Assembly (NCBI GenBank): GCA_964016885.1
Contig: OZ024764.1
Coordinates: 8,122,001 to 8,186,000 of the forward strand
Direction: 5' to 3'
Source: Eledone cirrhosa
Lineage: Eukaryota
Length of the DNA stretch: 64,000 nucleotides
The position numbers and the translations under genes are program-made. Within the stretch, counting starts at the first letter, position 1; each line of letters starts with the position of its first letter. The notes beneath the pieces are model-generated. The model was not told the DNA's origin. It ran no database searches and was given only the letters and a program-made list of their open reading frames with translations. Shown here piece by piece: positions 1 to 64,000 of the stretch.

Positions 1-117
1 AGTGTGGGCTGGGTGCTTTTTTGCCGTGGCACCTCCACGACCACCTTGCAGTGGGAGGGTGTGGGGGCATATTGTCTATATGCTTCAGCTTGTACCCATG
101 GGGGGTCGAGTACTCTG
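1..117 (-). mobile_element. RTE-type 3' UTR fragment, truncated by the window edge
   Basis: near-identical to 60310-60428. Confidence 0.6.
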
Positions 118-139
118 TATGTATATATATATATATCAG

Positions 140-513
140 TAGGCACCACCTCTTAACAAAAATACACCCCCATCCCACTACCCCCACCCCATCCGCACCA
201 CCCCTTTCGATGTAAAGTTATGTTGGTGCCACAACATCCAGTCCGAAATAAATGAGGTCGTGTAGGTGTCACGACAAAAAAAAACACACAGTCCACGCTG
301 TAATGTGGTTGTGTAGGTAACACAGTAAAAACCTCCCAGTCCACACTGTAAACGTGGTTGGTGTTAGGAAGGGCATCCAGCCGTAGAAAACCCGCCAGAC
401 AGTCCTATACGAGCAAGGCAACCAATCTTGCCTCAAGTGGGACAATTCCCATCCAAACCCATGCTAGCGTGGAAGATGGACGTTAAACGATGATGATGAT
501 GATGATGATGATG
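140..513 (+). mobile_element. RTE LINE 3' UTR fragment with (GAT)n tail
   Basis: colinear with the 3' UTR of the RTE copy at 38460-38945. Confidence 0.75.
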
Positions 514-764
514 TTTTCTCAAAAAAAAATTTCTAATTCTGTCCTGTCCGTCCCTTCAACCTTTCTAATTTCTCATTCTTTCTTCTGATGAAGGACTAGC
601 GTCTGAAACATTAAGACCTTCTTCCTACTATTTCAAGCGTTAACTTAATATATTCCTTCCATATACTGTACTGTTTGTGTTGTTATTTCTGTTTACTTTT
701 TACATTCACACACACACACACACATATATGGTTCCATTCATTTTGAGTGAAGTGATTTTATGGT

Positions 765-1456
765 GACATCATCACAACCACCTTACAGAGTGGACTGGGT
801 GCTCTTTATCATGCCACCAACACAACCACTTTACAGAGTGGACTGGGTGCTCTTTATCGTGTCATCATCACAACCACCTTACAGAGTGGACTGGGGGTTC
901 TTTATTGAATCACCAACACAACCACCTTACAGAGTGGACTGGGTGCTCTTTATTATGTCACCAACATAACCACTTTACAGAGTGGACTGGGTGCTCTTTA
1001 TCGTGTCATCATCACAACCACCTTACAGAGTGGACTGGGTGTTCTTTATTGAATCACCAACACAACCACCTTACAGAGTGGACTGGGTGCTCTTTATTAT
1101 GTCACCAACACAACCACTTTACAGAGTGAACTGGGTGCTCTTTATTGTGTCACCAACACAACCACCTTAGAGAGTGGACTGGGTGCTTTTTGTTGTGTCA
1201 CCAACACAACCACCTTACAGAGTGGACTGGGTGCTTTTTGTTGTGTCACCAACACAACCACCTTACAGAGTGGACTGGGTGCTTTTTGTTGTGTCACCAA
1301 CACAACCACCTTACAGAGTGGACTGGGTGCTTTTTGTTGTGTCACCAACACGACCACCTTACAGGGTGGACTGGGTGCTTTTTGTTGTGTCACCAACACG
1401 ACCACCTTACAGGGTGGACTGGATGTTCTTTATTGTGTCACCAACACAACCACTTT
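765..1456 (+). repeat. 48-bp minisatellite, about 14 copies, derived from the RTE/SINE 3' UTR module
   Basis: unit accaacacaaccaccttacagagtggactgggtgctttttgttgtgtc; resembles the module at 21560-21670 and 60110-60345. Confidence 0.85.
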
Positions 1457-1548
1457 GCAGGGGGGGGGATGATGGTGGTGGTGGTGGTTGGTAATGATGA
1501 TGATAACATACATGATGATGATGATGATGATGGTTCCTTTATTTTCAG

Positions 1549-62647
<61,099 letters not shown>

Positions 62648-62683
62648 GTAAGTGCACACCTTTGTATCTACCTTAAGTCCACC

Positions 62684-62720
<37 letters not shown>

Positions 62721-62726
62721 CTCTAT

Positions 62727-63102
62727 CTTTTTTTTCAAATACCACTTTGGAAGAAGAGTCAGGATGGAGAGAGAGGTGCTGTACCCCAGCAAGTTTTATG
62801 AAAGGTGGGTGAAAGTGGCGAGAATGGCTCAAGTGAATGGGCCTTCTCTCTATATCAGCCTGTAGGTTGAGGAAAGAGAGGAGGAGAGGAAAGGAGTACA
62901 AACTCTTCGTACTCCTGGAGATGAGGGTTGCACATTTTTTCGTGGGTATGTGTTACCCATATGAAATGTCTCCCCCTATTGGGGAAAATCGATTAACTTT
63001 TAAATTGCATTTGTGATAGCATTTTACACGTTTTTATTGTAGGTAAACTTCCCCCTTTGTATTTGTCCCCTTCTTTTGTGCCCCTGTGGCTAATAAAGAA
63101 AC
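62727..63102 (+). mobile_element. Tx1-like 3' fragment
   Basis: near-identical to 56875-57251; ends gaaac|atatct. Confidence 0.88.
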
Positions 63103-63267
63103 ATATCTGTCTATCTATCTATCTGTCTATCTATCTATTTATGTCTCTCTCTATATCTATCTATTTATCTATCTATCTCTCTATCTATCTATCTCTCTCT
63201 ATATATATATATACCTATCTAACTATCTATCTATCTATCTCTCTAGAAATATATCTATCTATCTCTC

Positions 63268-63727
63268 TTTCCTCTGTGTGATAGCTATGGTGAAAGAGGT
63301 TGTATGGTGGACGAGGTTGAAAGGGCTGAGGTCAGACACCTTTTTCTCCGGCCAACAACTGATTCTTTTTTTTCAAATACCACTTTGGAAGAAGAATCAG
63401 GATGGAGAGAGAGGTGCTGTACCCCAGCAAGTTTTATGAAAGGTGGGTGAAAGTGGCGAGAATGGCCCGAGTGAATGGGCCTTCTCTCTATATCAGCCTG
63501 AGAGGAAGAGAGGAAAGGAGTACAAACTCTTCGTACTCCTGGAGATGAGGGTTACACATTTTTTTCAGGGGTATGTGTTACCCATATGTAATGTCTCCCC
63601 CCATTGGGGAAAATCGACTAATTTTTAAATTACATTTGTGATAATATTTTACACGTTTTTATTGTATGTAAACTTCCCCCTTTGTATTTGTCCCCTTCTT
63701 TTGTGCCCCTGTGGCTAATAAAGAAAC
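63268..63727 (+). mobile_element. Tx1-like 3' fragment, in tandem with the previous one and separated by (TATC)n
   Basis: FLCVIAMVKEVVWWTRLKGLRSDTF matches the ORF2 end; ends gaaac|atatct. Confidence 0.88.
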
Positions 63728-64000
63728 ATATCTGTCTGTCTCGTTCTCTCTAAAATCTCTCTCTCCTTATCTCATCTCGATCTCTCCCCACCACCACTCT
63801 CTCTATATATCCTTTTCTCTCTCTCTCCTCACTACCTCTCTCTCTCTATCCCTTTCTCTCTCTCTCCCCACCATCTCTCTCTCTATCCCTTTCTCTCTCT
63901 CTCCCCACCACCTCTCTCCCTCTATCCCTTTCTCTCTCTCCCCCCACCACCTCTCTATCTCCTATCTCTCTCTCTCTCCCACCTCTCTCTCTCTCTCCCA

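Overview
Eukaryotic genomic DNA, probably from an octopus-like cephalopod (inferred from the SINE/RTE/microsatellite content). The backbone is the 3' part of one + strand gene for the meiotic DNA helicase HFM1/MER3. I traced 20 GT-AG exons from 1549 to 62647 whose phases join into one open frame: end of helicase C, the winged-helix/Sec63 region, a Cys/His zinc finger, then a long low-complexity tail. The gene starts upstream of the window and may continue downstream. The introns are filled with repeats: an intact two-ORF Tx1/L1-clade retrotransposon nested in a piggyBac-type MITE, four 3' fragments of a related Tx1 family, RTE-clade LINE fragments, tRNA-derived SINEs, MITE/foldback elements, Penelope and Helitron remnants, microsatellites and about 15 minisatellite arrays. 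Most arrays are in-place tandem amplifications of a piece of a transposable element. Four separate RTE copies from three distinguishable families have each amplified the homologous segment encoding the RLRW(Y/F)GH motif. Most long ORFs in the supplied track are artefacts of these repeats.
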